Assembly: GCA_016748015.1 (NCBI GenBank)
Contig: JAAOMT010000261.1
Span: forward strand, 136,733 to 200,732
Origin: Geosiphon pyriformis uo1
Lineage: Eukaryota; Fungi; Glomeromycota
Reading direction: 5' to 3'
Length of the DNA stretch: 64,000 nt
Part shown: positions 29,904 through 44,295 of the stretch, in pieces
Layout of the letters: every line of letters starts with the position of its first letter
How positions within the stretch are numbered: the stretch's first letter is position 1
The notes under the pieces: generated by a model
What the model was told of the DNA's origin: nothing
The model's database searches: none
Seen by the model: only the letters and a program-made list of their open reading frames with translations
Program-made: the position numbers and the translations under genes

Positions 29904-32442
29904 TAATTTTCTCTTCCAGACTGAGTTCTGTTAAAGTTCAAGCACTATCTGTAATATTAAGATAGTAGTTCAAAATAATTGAAGTAATCTGATTTGAAAA
30001 TTGTTGAAATTTCAGTTCTGTAAGTTTGCCAATGTATTGAATTTTTATTGGTTGTAGTATTGAATTTTGTAGGGCATTTTTACAAGTATTAAACAAATTA
30101 TAAAGTCTAAAAGCTGCTCTAAGTTTGTAGTAAGTGTTTGTTAGTCCAGCTGTTGTTTTAAACTCATTTTGAATTTGTTTTTATATAGCTTTAAGAGTGA
30201 AATTTGCTGTTTCAAATTTCAGTTTTTGTTTATAAAGTGTTTTTCCAATGTAAAAATATCTATAAATAAAGATATGTTTATTGTTCTGTTCATTGAGAAA
30301 TAGTAGAAGTTTTTGTTGGATTGTGGTATTTGGTAAAATATTAATAAAAACAAATAAGAAATTTTCTTTTAAAGCTTGCTTTAAAAGTTTTGGTAATTGA
30401 TTTTCAGTGTATTTCTTGTGTTTTTTTTATAGAGATGATAATTCTGGGAATTGTTTATTACTAGAGCTGTGGTTTTTTTCTGAATGTAATTAAATTGACT
30501 TTCATTAATTGTTATGGATAAATCAGAAAGTGTTTTTAAAGCTAACATTAATTTTTGGGATATTTGTTAGATATTTCGGAAAATAATCATAATAAAAGTA
30601 ACTAATTAATAAAAAAATAAAGAAAATTATTTTTGGGTATGAGGTTTTTATTGTAATTATTTACTATTTTTGTTTTCTGTTTTTGTGTATTATTAAAAGA
30701 ATTATTGTAAAAATGTTAAATTAAGTGTTTAAGTTTGGTTGTTGTTCTATTATAATTATTGGTTTTAAATTTCGGGGAATATCTTCAGAATTAATTAAAG
30801 AAAAATGTATACCAATTTGTGGAATTAATAGTTTAGGATTGTTTTTGGAATAATAGTATTTCAATCAATCTTTATGTGCAATTTTTGCTAGTACTTTGTT
30901 ATCAAGTCTTAACTTGTATGATTTATTGTCTAGAATTTTATGAATATGAAATGGTTCATCTCATTTGTGTTCAAATTTTCCACTCTATTGTTTTTCAGTC
31001 TTAGTTCTGTGTAAAAAAACTTTATTTTCAACTTTAAATTCGTTGATAACTGGTGGTAATTTGTTGTCATGTTTTTTTTTTGTTGAGCTTAAGAGTGTTC
31101 AATATAAGTTGTTGCTATTTGTCTTTTTTCTTTCAGTGTACTAAGAAGAGTATAGGCTCTTTTTTAGAGTGTTTTTTGAAAGTTTTCTTTATTGATTGGT
31201 TGTACTGAATATGTTTCTACTGTGAAATTAATTGGTAATGTTGCTGTTCTTCTATAAATCAAATTAAATGGTGTGTATTTTGTAGTATGTTGTTTTAATG
31301 TTTTATATACTAGTAACATTGATGGAATAAAGATATTTTATTTCTGCTTAAAGTCAATTAAAACTTTGGTTAAAGATTCACAAAATGTTCTGTTGAAATG
31401 TTCTACAAGTCCATTTGTTTGGAGATAATAAGGTGATAATAGAGGTCTTTTGATATTGAATTGTTCACAAATTTTTTGTATCAAGTTGTTCACAAAATGT
31501 GTTTTTTGATCAAATAAAAGTTCAATTGGGCATCTATGTCTACAAATAATGTTTTCATAGATAAAATTTGCTGATTTTGCATCTGTTTTTTGGATGGCTC
31601 TAGTTTTAGGCCATTTGGTAAAATAATCTACTGCAACTGCAATATAACAATTTTTTTGGGTTGTGATAGGTAATAGTTCAACTAAATCAATTTCAAATCT
31701 GTTAAAAGATTGTCCAACTTTGATTGGATTTAAAGGTTCTGTAAAGTGAGTTTCTTCTTTTTTTTGACAACTATTACAAAATTCTACATATTGTTGAATA
31801 TTTTTTTGCATGTAAAACCAAAAATAATGTTTAAGAGTTCTTTGGATTGTTCCATTTCTTCCCAAGTATGCTGAAGATAGATCTGTGTACATATTGCATA
31901 GAATTGTTTCTTTTTCATTCTCTTGTACTAATCTAAGTGGTTGGTTTGGATTTCTATGATTTTTATAATAGATTTTGTTGTGGTGTATAAAATATTGTTT
32001 TAATTGATATTGTAATCAATGTTTTTTATTTAAAGACCAATTTTCTGGCATAGTAAGAGTCTCCAAATAGTTTTTAATGTTGTTGTAATTTTTGGAATCT
32101 ATTTTTGTTTGGTTATTTTTGTTGATAGATTAGTAAGTTGTGGTGGTGTTACTGTTATTATTAATTTTGTCTTATTTTTGAAAGGCTATCAACATTGGTA
32201 TGTAGTTTTCCTGATTTGTAATATACAATATACTTGTAGTCTGCTAAAAAATCATTTCATTGAGACTGTTTGGCACTTTGTTTTGTTTTCTTTTTATTGA
32301 GTCATTTGAGACCAATATTGTTAGTTATGATGCCAAATTTTTTTTCATTCTTTAAGTATTGTTGAAAGTATTTAAGCTCTCAAATGACTGTAGCAGCTTC
32401 TAATTCAGTTGAGCCATATTTGAGTTCTGTTGGTTTAAGTAT
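28938..32442 (-). mobile_element. Ty3/Gypsy-type element E, 3' part (RNase H end, separate integrase, ORF3, PPT, 3' LTR), cut at 32442 by A1
   Basis: RNase H LKPTELKYGSTELEA; integrase IDLV, VDYFTKW, TNGLVEHFNRT; purine tract GGAAGAGAAAA before the LTR. Confidence 0.88.
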
Positions 32443-34890
32443 TGTTACACTTAGAAAAAGAGAAAAATAATACATAATTGAAAAAGAGAAAAACACATAA
32501 TTATAAATTAGCCAATTAGAATAAAAAAAGAGAAAAAGAGGATTTTTCAGAAAATCTAGAATTATTAAGAAATCCAAAATATTTCAGAAAATTGAAGATT
32601 TTTCAGAAAATTCTGGATGTTTCAAGAAATTGAGAATTTTGCAGAAAATCTAGCAAAAAAAAAAACTTCTCATGTAAAGAGAATTATGTATATATAGCAA
32701 TAACATTAAAAGCAGAAAAGAACAGATCTCTTAGTTTAGATTTTATCTAAGCTATCTTTCAAATTACAAATATCAATAAATAACTATTTTCTATCTCAAT
32801 CTACTTTTCATTATCAACACTTTATGTTGATAGCAACAAATACTTAAACCATATTAGAACAATAGCTTTTGATCACAGCTATTGATGGAATACTAATGAA
32901 ATTGTTTTGGCTTAAATTTTTTTTATTTTTTTTTATTTTTTTTTGTTGTTTTTGTGTTGTTTACTAATTGATTAAAGAAATAAGCACTGAATAATTGACA
33001 TTACAGATAGTCTAGTAAAAGACCTGAATAGAAAGGTATAGATTAAAAGATTTGGATAGCTTACCAGAAGGACATAACTGCCAAAATAAACTGGCCACCA
33101 AGCTGAAGAAAAAAATTGGGAAACACATTATTAACAACTTGTATACTGTAATTGTTAAATCTCTGTTCATTATACAAAGAACTTAACCAAAACCTTCAGA
33201 CATTAAAACCATCAGATCTTATCAACTGTATTAGTTATTGAATACCAAGTTATAGATTTGTTATTTGATTTGAGACTCCAAATAATTACTTGTAATATTT
33301 GGTGCTTTCTGTGAGGTATAATCCTACAGAGAACCAGCACCAGCAACAACTATCCAAAAGTGGCAGAATTAAAAATCATAGAAACAAACCATTTAAGATT
33401 TGCCAAATCTTTATTTCAACAGTACAGCCAACAATTGGGCTTAAACAGCAATTATTATCCAGCAGAATCAGCTTTCAACTTTTACATTAATAAAAGAATT
33501 GCAAATTTTTTAAAAAAACCAGTTGACATTGAATCAACAAGAGAAAATTTTTACACAAAACTAATCCAACATACCAATCTATCATAAAATCACAGTTTTA
33601 CACCAATCATTAGGAAAATCAATCAAGCAATTAAAAGATATACTCAACAACAATTTCTCATTATTTATACAAACAAAGGCAAAAAAAGATTACAAATCCA
33701 AGTGGTAACACCAAAAAAAATACAGTTACCTATGTGGAAGAAACAAAAAATTGAATCCTTACTATATTTATCATATTATTACATATTTGAAAGTATCATT
33801 AATATTTCATCAGTAGGTGCATCCACATTAAATATGAAATTAACATTGGAACAAATCCCATTTCAAAGTAAATAAAAGAAAACAGAATTATTAAGAACAT
33901 ATGGCAATTATTTTGAAAGATTTAAATTGTGATCACTAATACCATCAAAATTTTAATTACTGCCACATCAACTTAATTTTGGAATTATGAGCCTCTGGGA
34001 AGTAATGGAATCAGAAAAAAAAGAAAACAAAGATCAGGAATTTAATTATCAAAACCTGATCCTAAAAAATCCAGAAGTTGAAACCCCAAATATTCAAACT
34101 CAGAAAAATTAGAACAATCCAAACTCTGACATTATTAATCAGCAACACTTATCTTTAGTAATCATAATTAATCAACCACTAATTAAATCAATTATTGAAC
34201 CAATACAACCACTACAGCAACCATCTCAACAATAACCACAAGCACTATTTCAACAGCAACAACAACAACCAATCATAGCTCTAATGGCATATGCACCCAT
34301 CACAAAACTGGAAAAGTTTACTAACAAAGAAGATAATGCTCAAGCTTGATTAAATGACATCACCAAAGCAATTATGGTTAATAACTGAAACAATGGCAGA
34401 GCTCTTCAAGTAATCTCATACTTTTTACAGGATACTGCCAACTTGTGGTATCAGAGTTTGGCCCAAAAACTCCAAACTTTCGATGCATTTAAGCTAAAAT
34501 TTCTAAGATATTTTAGCAACAACAAAAGTATTAATTGCTTGGCTAATACATTCACTACTATTAAGCAAAGAAACACAAAAACAGTCACCACTTACTTAGG
34601 ATGCTTCCACAGGAATCTGCACCAAATCCAAGCCATTGATGCTAATTATTTTACAGTAGCTCAGATTCTGAATCAGTTCATTTGCAGATTATATAGTAAC
34701 ATTCTGCAATATGTATGCCTATTACATCCAACCAACCTTCAAGCTATAGTTATTTATGCCAGAAATTTTGAAGCTGCTAAACTAAAAGCCAATTACACTC
34801 AAGCTGTAAATCTAGTAATAAACAGATTATTTAACTTGGATTCCAAATTAAAGCAAATTAGTGACTCAATTAATCAAAAATTAGACAAAA
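32443..34890 (+). mobile_element. Gypsy element A1: 5' LTR (32443-33297), PBS (33300-33316), degenerate gag; truncated
   Basis: TGTTAC...TGTAATA; TGGTGCTTTCTGTGAGG; capsid-like WYQSL..FKLKFLRYF..IKQ..VTTYLGCF..QFI. Confidence 0.85.
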
Positions 34891-34899
34891 AAAATTGAT

Positions 34900-36100
34900 T
34901 AACTTAGTCTTAAATTTATTATAAGACAAAATAATTTTGTTTTAATTTACCAAAAAAAAAACTTTAATACTATTTTTACCTATTAATATTAATTAATAAT
35001 TCAAAACAAACACAGCAGTATTTAGTTTTTTTAAATGAACAACAATATATTGCCAAATATTAGCAGACTTTAATATAACATAGGTAATTTTATTAAACTT
35101 ACTAAGTATTATTTTAATATTAACAACAAATACATCCAAAGATATATTATACAACACAATAGCAACAAAAAAGAAACCAGTTTTAAAAACTACCAAAGAC
35201 TTAGCAATTTTAAGAATAGTTAAACAAATAAAGCTTATAAGTTCAACTAAAAATGCAGTTTTCAAAAACTTTTAAAAAGTAAATTCCATATAAAAGAGTT
35301 TTATATTGTTTTTTAATACTAATTTTATGTTCAAAAAATTATGTACTGACTGAAAAACAGCCTTAATATAAGCCAATTTGATTTTAAAAATAGTACCAAA
35401 TATTAAAGTAGGTTATTTACTTGGCAAATTTTTAATAATTAAAGATAGTTTCTTAAATACTACTAGTAATAGCACTAAAAATTAGCAAAAAAAATACTTT
35501 AGTTTTTATCTGATTAGTCCAGTTCTTAAAAACAGATAATCTAAAAAAAACTGTTATTTGTTTCTAAATTCAACAATAATCTGCCAAAAATTATTACATT
35601 TGACAATACAGCCAGTAATTAATCTTAGCTTATCTTAAATAATAAATCAAATAATATAACAAAGATTTTATTTAAGATCTTATTAAAAATCACAAAAAAT
35701 TTTAATATAACAATAGTAGAAGCAAATAATTGCTTTCACTTTTTTGAATTTTTGGTTTTTTTGACTATTATTTTTAAAGAGATAGCATTAAAAACACCAG
35801 ATGTAAAAATTATAATAGGAAAGACTAGTTTATTAACTAGTTTGTTATTAAATATTTTTAAACTTTTGGAAAGAATGAAGACAATACTAAAACTAATTTA
35901 AGTGTGTTTCTTTGAAAAAATTTTGACTGATAAAAAACCAGACAAAAAAAAAGAAAATAATATAATAGTCTTTAAAAACAGCTTTTTGCTATTATAAACT
36001 AAAAAAAAGGCTTTTAAGATGTTTTGTTTAATTGTTTTTACAACAGAAAAAACTTTTTTAGTTGAAATTTTGTAAAATATTAAAAAAATATCAGTTACAG
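34900..36100 (-). mobile_element. Highly eroded 5' fragment (ORF1-like) of a second LINE family
   Basis: Residual frame with IWQYIVVH resembling the WQKAVVEF motif of LINE ORF1; related remnant near 21190. Confidence 0.45.
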
Positions 36101-36299
36101 TTTTTTTACTTTTGCTTTAGTTATAGTTATAAAATTAAAGAGACAAAGAGTCTTTTAATAAATTAAATTAATTATTTTTAATTATAATAATTAATAAGAT
36201 ATTAATTAATTATTTTTTTTGTTTTATTTTTTATTTTTTTTATTTTTTTTATTTAAAAATTTGTGATTAAGTTTAAAATTAACCAAAAATAATACAAAT

Positions 36300-36445
36300 A
36301 ATATTTAATAATTTACTATTATAATAAATAAAGTGGATAGCCATATGTAGTAAGTGCATAAATCACATTTAATTTGAATTACTTAGTTTAACTCTATGTA
36401 TTAGATAGTGATTGGACTTCACTTATAAAGTATTTAATAAAAATA
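36300..36445 (+). mobile_element. 5'-truncated LINE 3' tail
   Basis: GTGGATAGCC..GCATAAATCAC..TAGATAGTGATTGGACTTCACTTATAAAGTA plus A-rich end; matches 28730-28850. Confidence 0.7.
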
Positions 36446-36829
36446 ATAAATAACTTAATATTAAAATAATTAATAATAATAAATATATTTTAAGAAATTT
36501 TTATTGTAAATTATAATTTGCTAAAAAAGTGAAAAAACAATATTAATTTTAATTAAATTGTATATAATAAACTAATTATAATTAATAAAAAATATAGTTA
36601 TTAATAATTTTAATTTTAATTTTAAAATGTTCTATTTTTTCTGTTTTTTATAAATAAAATTATTAATAAAAAACATAAAATTTTTAAACTTAAACAAATT
36701 TATTAAAAATTAATATTATATAAATTTAATATTAAAAATTATAATATTTTACTTAAATAAATATTTAATGTTTTCTATAAAATATAAAATTTACAAAAAT
36801 AGAATATATATTTTTTTATTAATATAATT

Positions 36830-37950
36830 AATAAATAAAATTCAATCACTATTTAGTATACAAAATCAAACTAAATGCAATTCATATATTTATTATATGT
36901 AATTAGCCACTTTAATCAAACAAAGCAATATTACATATTTATAAGAACTTTTATATTACTAATCAAACCAAAAAAAAATACTGTTTATGCTTACTAAAAC
37001 TAATAATAAAAAATTTAACAACACCAAAAAACTAGACTACATTATCTAACAATTTAGCTAACATACAATTAGCCAGACCAGACACTATATTACTATTTTT
37101 TATCAAACCAGCTTTTTTATTTTGGCTTTAAATTTAGATCTATTAAGTCAAATCATAGAATAATGTTTTTTTATTAGCAGATTAACAAACATAATAACAA
37201 TTGCTAAAGTTTTTTCTTTGGTTTTAAAAACTGCCAAAGTCTTAACACACTAGTTTTTTAACATAGAATTCTTATAAATTAAAGCATACAAGCTCACATC
37301 TAATAAACATCTAAAGAGAATTCCCAATATAGCAAAAAAAAAAGAGTATAAGCACTAACCAATAACTTTTAAAGATTAGAGAGCTCTAACAGAATTTTCT
37401 CTTAAATTTTAGCATTTTTGACATAAGTAAAAATATGATTTAGAAACTTTATTTTATTATACAACAAACACAACACACCAAAATAGTTTTTATTATAGAA
37501 TTTTTTTCTAATTGTTACTGGTAAATATTTATGTACTGCTTTTATTAAATATGAATACAGATTAGCAAAATTCTTACTAATAAAGCCAGACAATATATGC
37601 AGATCAAGATACTATACTTTTATAGTAGACAGCCAATTCATATTCATAAATAAAATATTTAATATTACTCTATAATCAAAACCAACTTTTTATTAAGCAT
37701 AACAAATAAATTAATATATATTATAAACAAAATATCAGATGTTATCAAAAACAGCTATGTTTTTAGCCACAATATAACATTCATGCATTTTACTTAATAA
37801 GAACAAAAAAGCACCAGTAATTTCATCAGCTATTTAATTAGCCTTGACATTGTCTGAAATACTCAAATTATTATTGACTTTTACTTACTTGACCATAAAA
37901 CTCTTATTATTTATCAAATTTGCAATATGTTTTCTTTTCATAACTAGTCA
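36830..37950 (-). mobile_element. Eroded LINE 3' fragment (RNase H end, Zn finger, tail)
   Basis: SYLIKAVHKYLPV..CLLYNKIKFLNHIF aligns with FFMKALHHQLPV..CLYCGEVEILDHVF; tail motif at 36840-36912. Confidence 0.75.
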
Positions 37951-40900
37951 TATGTACATAAAAATTACATTATTTGACAATTTGGAATCTCAAATAACTA
38001 CTTTTACAAAATTTAGAATATAGTGTTACTTATAAAATATAGAAAGAATATTAGTATATAAATTAGCCAATCAGAGGTAGATATAGTAAAATGTGAAATT
38101 TCAGGATTCTTTCCAGAGAAATTGCAGAATTTCAGGAATTTTAAGATTCTTGTACAAAGAATTGCAGGATTCCAGAATTTTAGGATTTTTGTACAAAGAA
38201 TTGCAGGATTCCAAGAATTTCAGTATTTCTGAGGTAAAAAATTGAGAAATTAAGGAATCTCAATTATGTATATATAGTGGTAATGTTAGAAGTAGAAAAG
38301 ACAGACCTCTCAGTTTAGTTTTGATTGAAAACAATTTTTCTATTTACAAATATCAATAAATAATTATTCATTATCTCAATCTATTCTCTGCTATCAACAC
38401 TTTATGTTGATAATAATAAATACTTAATCACGCTGGAACAATAGTTCTTGATCATGGCTATTGATGAAATACTAACATTTATTGTCTTGGCTTATTTCTT
38501 TTATTTTTTTTCTTTATTTTTTTTATTTTATTTATTTTCTTTTGTTATTTTTTGTTATTGACTAATTAATTAAAAATTAAATGTTGAGTTACAGACATTA
38601 TAAAGACTGGTAAAAAACCTGTGAAACAAGGATAAAGAACTTATAGATTTGAGAATAGCTTACTAGGAGAATTATTGGCCACCATGCTGAGAAAAAAATT
38701 TGACAGAATTACGATTTCAGAAGGCTACTGAAACAATCATTGAATCTCTGTTTATTATACAAAGAACTCAACCAAAATCTTTAAATAACCAAAATCTTCA
38801 GATATTACCAACAACATCAAGCAAATTAGCACCAAGTTACAGGTTTGTTATTTGATTTAAGATCCCAAATAATCACCTGTAACATTTGGTGCTCCCTGTA
38901 AAGTATAATTCTATAGAGAACTATTACCAATAAACAACCATCCAAAACAGTGGCAGAATCAAAAAAAACAGAGACAAACCACTTAGAATTTGCAAAATTT
39001 TTATTCCAATACTACAAAAGTTATCTGGAATTAACAAATAATAATTGGCCAGCAGAATTAACTTTCAATTACTACATTAACAAAAGGAATGTATATTACT
39101 TGAAAAGACAAGAAGATTCAGAATCTACTTTCAACAATTTTTTCAGTGAACTACTTCAAACCATTAAATTACCACAAAATTATTTATTTGCATCAATAAT
39201 TACAGAAATAAATTGGTGTTACCTGAGTAGAGAAACTGATCCAAAGTTATGAAAAGACATAACCAGAATGTGACATAATACAGAATAGTGCGCAATAATG
39301 TTGGATAATATATTATAACTTAGAATAGTATAAGATAACATGTTATAATATAGGATAACACAGAATAATATGTAATAACACCAGATAATATGTTATAATA
39401 TAGAATAACTAGTAATAATGTAGAAGAACAAAGCAATAACAGAAATAACAAAACAATAATTAACAATAACAAAACAATCAGAAGCAATCCTGTAAAACCA
39501 AAAGAATGTATAAAAACAAGTAGTTGTAAAAAGTAGAAATAAGAAACAAATAGATACAAACCATTAAACAAGAATCAAATATCCATACCTCTTCATTATT
39601 TATTATATTTTATATTCATCTTCTGAAATAAATCAATTATTAAGAAATCAGAATCATGAATTTATGTTCTCGAACTTTGTGGAATTTACATGAATTAACC
39701 ATTGTTTTATACTTTTGTTCCAAAACAGATGCTCTTAGTATAATTGCCTCAAACTATTAACAATTTGGACCAATTGCTCTTGATCACAGCAATTGATAAT
39801 ATTAATTTATTTATTTTTTTATTTTTTTTCTTTTATTTTATTTTATTTTATTTTATTTTATTTTTCTTTCTTTATTTTTTTTTTGTGTAGTGGCAACATA
39901 ATAAAATTGATTGTCTGAGAATAAACTTTATGATAGCCTGATAAAAGAAAGAAGCTCCTTCTAGGTTTTTGGATATTAATATTATCTTAATAGCTTACTA
40001 GAAGGGTGAAAAGACAATGTCAAATCCTAATGACTGCACTCATTAGCTTGAAGAAGAAAGCTTACTTTTATAAGAAATTGCAATTAGCAAGAACCAAAAC
40101 TCTGTGCTTTATAACCAAAAAACTTAACAGGTAAATTCACAACCAGTAAAATAAGATTTTTAGAAACTAATAATCAAGATTAAGCCACCAGAATTATGTA
40201 AAACATGTCTTATCAATAATTGAGAGTACCAAATGTTATCATCTTCTTATCTTACCAAGTTTACCCATAATATTTGGTGCTCTCTGTGAGGTTATAAATC
40301 TACAAAGACAGAGCACTCCAGAAATTCACAAAAGTGGTGACTATTAGAACAGTAGAAAAAGACTACTCTTTATATGGAAGAACATTATTTCAATACTTTC
40401 GAAAAGACCTAGGAATACCAGCAAAAACCACTTACACAAAAAGTAATTTTTATAACTATATCAATGCAAAAATCAACTGCTTATTAGACCATATAACTAA
40501 CACAAGAAGACTGGAAGAACAAATCCATCAAAGCTTATTAAAATACTCAACAGCCACAACTACCTGAGCTATTGCTGAAACTCTGTGCATAATCAATACA
40601 AACATTAAATATTACATGGCAAAATGATTTTTTCAACTACAACAATTAGTAGAATTTGACCTTAAAGAATATAAAGACAAATTCAACAACTCCACAACTG
40701 CCCAAGCCAAGTTCACAGTCAACAAAAAACCAAGATTCCTCTTTCTAACAACTCTATCATACTATTAGACACTCCAAAGTGGAATTGTATTTAATTCACT
40801 CCTAAAAACCCAATTGAAAATACCACAAACTTCTGGAAATTCACACTCCTAGGGTCAACACAGTTGAACCAAATCATTAGAAAAATATGGATTGTTGTTT

Positions 40901-43869
40901 GGAAATCTCACCCCAATAATTAATAAAACAAATAGAAATATGTTGACATAGAAGCCACCACCAACCTAATTCTTGACCAAATCATCAACTATCTTCTCTA
41001 AAGAAACAGCTATCCTCCAGTCCATTGGAAAAATTAACAAAGGAAAACAACCAGAATTAGCATCAGAAGAACACTCTAGCATGCAAACACCAAACCTCTC
41101 AGCATTAACCAGTAAGATTCCACCTACCCATCAGATTATGGCTTATTGAGATATCGCCAAATTAGAGAAATTCTTTGGTGAAAAAGATGATGCATATACA
41201 TAGATCACAGAAGCCAAGAAAGTTATTACTGCCAATAATTGAGATGATGATAAGACCATTTAAGTATTGCCATTCTTTTTGACTGGAATTGCAGACTTAT
41301 TGCAAAGAAACCAACTGACTTTACCATCTTTAAACTTGTCTTTCTGCAATACTTTTGTGACTTCAACACTCTCATCAGATTACAAAATCAGTTTAGTATC
41401 ATAAAACAAAAAGATCACGAAGCAGTAACTACTTATCTTGGATGATTCAACCAAATTTTTCATCAAATTCAGGCCATTGAAAGAGACTACTATACTCTGG
41501 TACAAATCCTTAATCAATTTGTTAAAGAATTAAAGAGCAGCCTCCTCTGATCTATAAAACCTCATCACCCAACAAACTTACAAAAAGCAGTTACTCTTGC
41601 TCATGACTTTAAGTTAGCAGAACAAAAGGCTACCTATATTCAAGCTGTTAACTTGGTTATCAATAAAACATCTGATATTAACACAAAAATAACTCAATTA
41701 AGTAAGAAATTAACTCAAAAAATTGAGAAATTTTTAGCCAGTACCATAGAACCCTACCAGTCATCACAATGAAAGGATAGTAATAACAACAAATACCAGT
41801 AACAACAGAATTGTCAACAACAACAACAATCTTGGAGATCCAATTTCTGCAATTGTTACTATTGCCAAAAATCTGGACATATTGTCCAGAACTGCTGTAA
41901 GAAAGTAATAGACCAAAATCAAAAAAATCAATATTAGCAACTAAAATACTCTCAAAACATGATATTCCAATATCTTGTGCCTCAATATCAACTGTCTTAA
42001 TATTCACAACAAATTCAATATACTTAGCAACCACCTCAGAACTACTACCAATCATTGCAATCAATAGCTCAAGCAGCGCCCCAGTACTAAAACTCTGTTA
42101 ATAACCAACCTAAACATTATGTAATTAATTACAACCAAAGATAAAAGAATCCTAGCAACAATCAGATCCCAATTAACAGTGTATCATTGTGATTCCTAAA
42201 TTATAGTAATGTCCTATCTCAACCAGCACCAACTGAATACTCTAACCAAGCCTTATATTTTGGTCTCACTGAAAACCAGAATTTTTATAGCTTTACATCT
42301 TTAGAAGAAAAGGATGTAGGAGAGACTTCCAACTCTTCGAAGCAAAATCAAATCAACAATATTATTTCACCTGCCACTATTACTAAAAATACCACTTTTG
42401 TTGCTATCTTTTTCTTTGACATTAATGGTCTGAACACTAATAGCCTTTTCAATAAAGCCACTATAAATTAGGACAAACCAATCACAGTCCTATATACTGA
42501 TACTAGAGTCAGAAACATAGACATTAAATTAATTCTCAATAGTGAATTAGCAAGCAGTATAATAATGAAACAACTTATAGATTAATTAGGTCACCAAGTA
42601 GATTGTGCTGCAACTGCCTAAATTATTACTGCAGATAGCAATACCAAAACCCCAATCAGAGAAATCAATAACTTTCTCTTCAAAATCAACAGAATCCAAA
42701 TTCTTACAAAAGTTATGATCATGGAAACCATGCAATATTAAGCTCTTATCAGAAATAACTGGTTGGCCAAAGCCTATGCCACTCTTAACTGAAACACACA
42801 GAAATTACAGATCACTTTTAATGGACAACATACTCAAGTTCCAGCTATGTGCAAACACTTCAAAGTCCAAAGCTCAGAGAAACTGCTAATTGAATTTGAA
42901 GACACAATATTACTACCAACCATAGAAACCTATTAAGTTTCATGGGCCAACAATTTCCAAACAGAGTTACCCCCACTACCAACTTGGGAAAAAAAGGGAA
43001 AGAGAAAAGCAGAAAAAAAACTACAATCAGCACTTGCAGGCTATTTTGCCCCAAGTCAAGGAAGTTAATGGTATTGAATCTCAAAATTAATTTGTTTTGA
43101 CTGTGAGAAAAAGTTATTTTCTATGGGTGCATGTATTGAAAATGATGAGGAATGGCCATCTACTACCAAATATTACTGCAGACTTTGTGTGTTGGAAAGA
43201 TTTGACAGACCAAAATGACAAGACAAATAAAACAATACACTATGCCTTGCTTGTGATGAGATTTTGCCAAATGAAGAACTATAGAACAATGTTCTTAGCA
43301 GAAGAAAAACATATGATAAAGCATGTCAATACATCATCTTGATTAATGATTGGGTACAAAAAGGAACTTCAATTGATGACACCTGAAAATAAGCATTACT
43401 ACAATTAAACAAGTATCCCTATAATAAACATAAGATTTGGAAAATGGTGAGTGTGAAAGCAGAGGGTGTTACAACCAGGGAATTATGAGAAATTAAAAAC
43501 AACCTCTTATTCTTTTCAGAATTTGAATATATCATGACTTTTGATGTCTTTGGCAACATTAAAGATGATCCAAAATACTTTCATGAGCACTATCAAAACC
43601 TGGCACCAACTAAGAAAGAGCAGAAACAAAGGCTAGCTGACTTAAATACAAAACTGTTCAATTATTGTTTAATCTCTTGCCACTTTTAGTACTGCAACAA
43701 ATGTGATATTATGTTCAACTTACCTCCAAAAAAACTATATCCGATTACCAAACTACCAGAACCTGAGGTAGAAGAGGAATTAATTACTAAGGACATGTCA
43801 TTTTAAGATCCAACTAAAGATACTGAAACAGAACAGTATTTTATGTATCCTGACCTATCCAAAGAATTA

Positions 43870-44295
43870 AAATTAAAATAGTATAGTGACAACAAAAAAG
43901 GAATCTGTCCCAAAAAAGCACATGAAATTGATGCTGGTTTTGACTTATAATACCCTAGACAATTACTTATAATTATAGCTCTACATTCCCTTATAAAAAT
44001 AGATCTTAAGATAGCATTAGAAATTCTTGTTAGTACAATGGTACAAGTTGCCTCTCAATCTAGTCTAGCCAAAAAAGGAATCAATGTAAAGAGAAGAATC
44101 ATTGATGCCAATTACATGAGAAACATTATAGTAATGCTACAGAACAATTTAAACAAACTCTACAAAATAAAATCACAAAAAAAAATTGCCCAAGCTATCT
44201 TTCTACTTCTAATTAAAATACTCCAATTAATCCCAGTAACAATCTGAAAAGAATTAGGCCTCACTGCCCAAGGAATCAACAGGTTTAGATTAAAT
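43870..44295 (+). pseudogene. dUTPase domain within pol of B+, between protease and RT
   Basis: AHEIDAGFDL, ASQSSLAKKGI, IIDANYMRNIIVMLQN, KIAQAIF and an eroded RG..GFGS end match trimeric dUTPase motifs 1-5. Confidence 0.88.

Noticed and set aside
39930-40010. Hammerhead ribozyme in LTR (CTGATAA..GAAA)
   Set aside because: Less eroded copies read CTGGTAA; the catalytic core and stems cannot be built.
40017-40232. ATG at 40017 opening an 80-codon ORF inside the LTR
   Set aside because: Sister LTRs read ACA here, implying ancestral ACG and an ATG created by CpG decay. Several stops in the frame are shared between LTRs.
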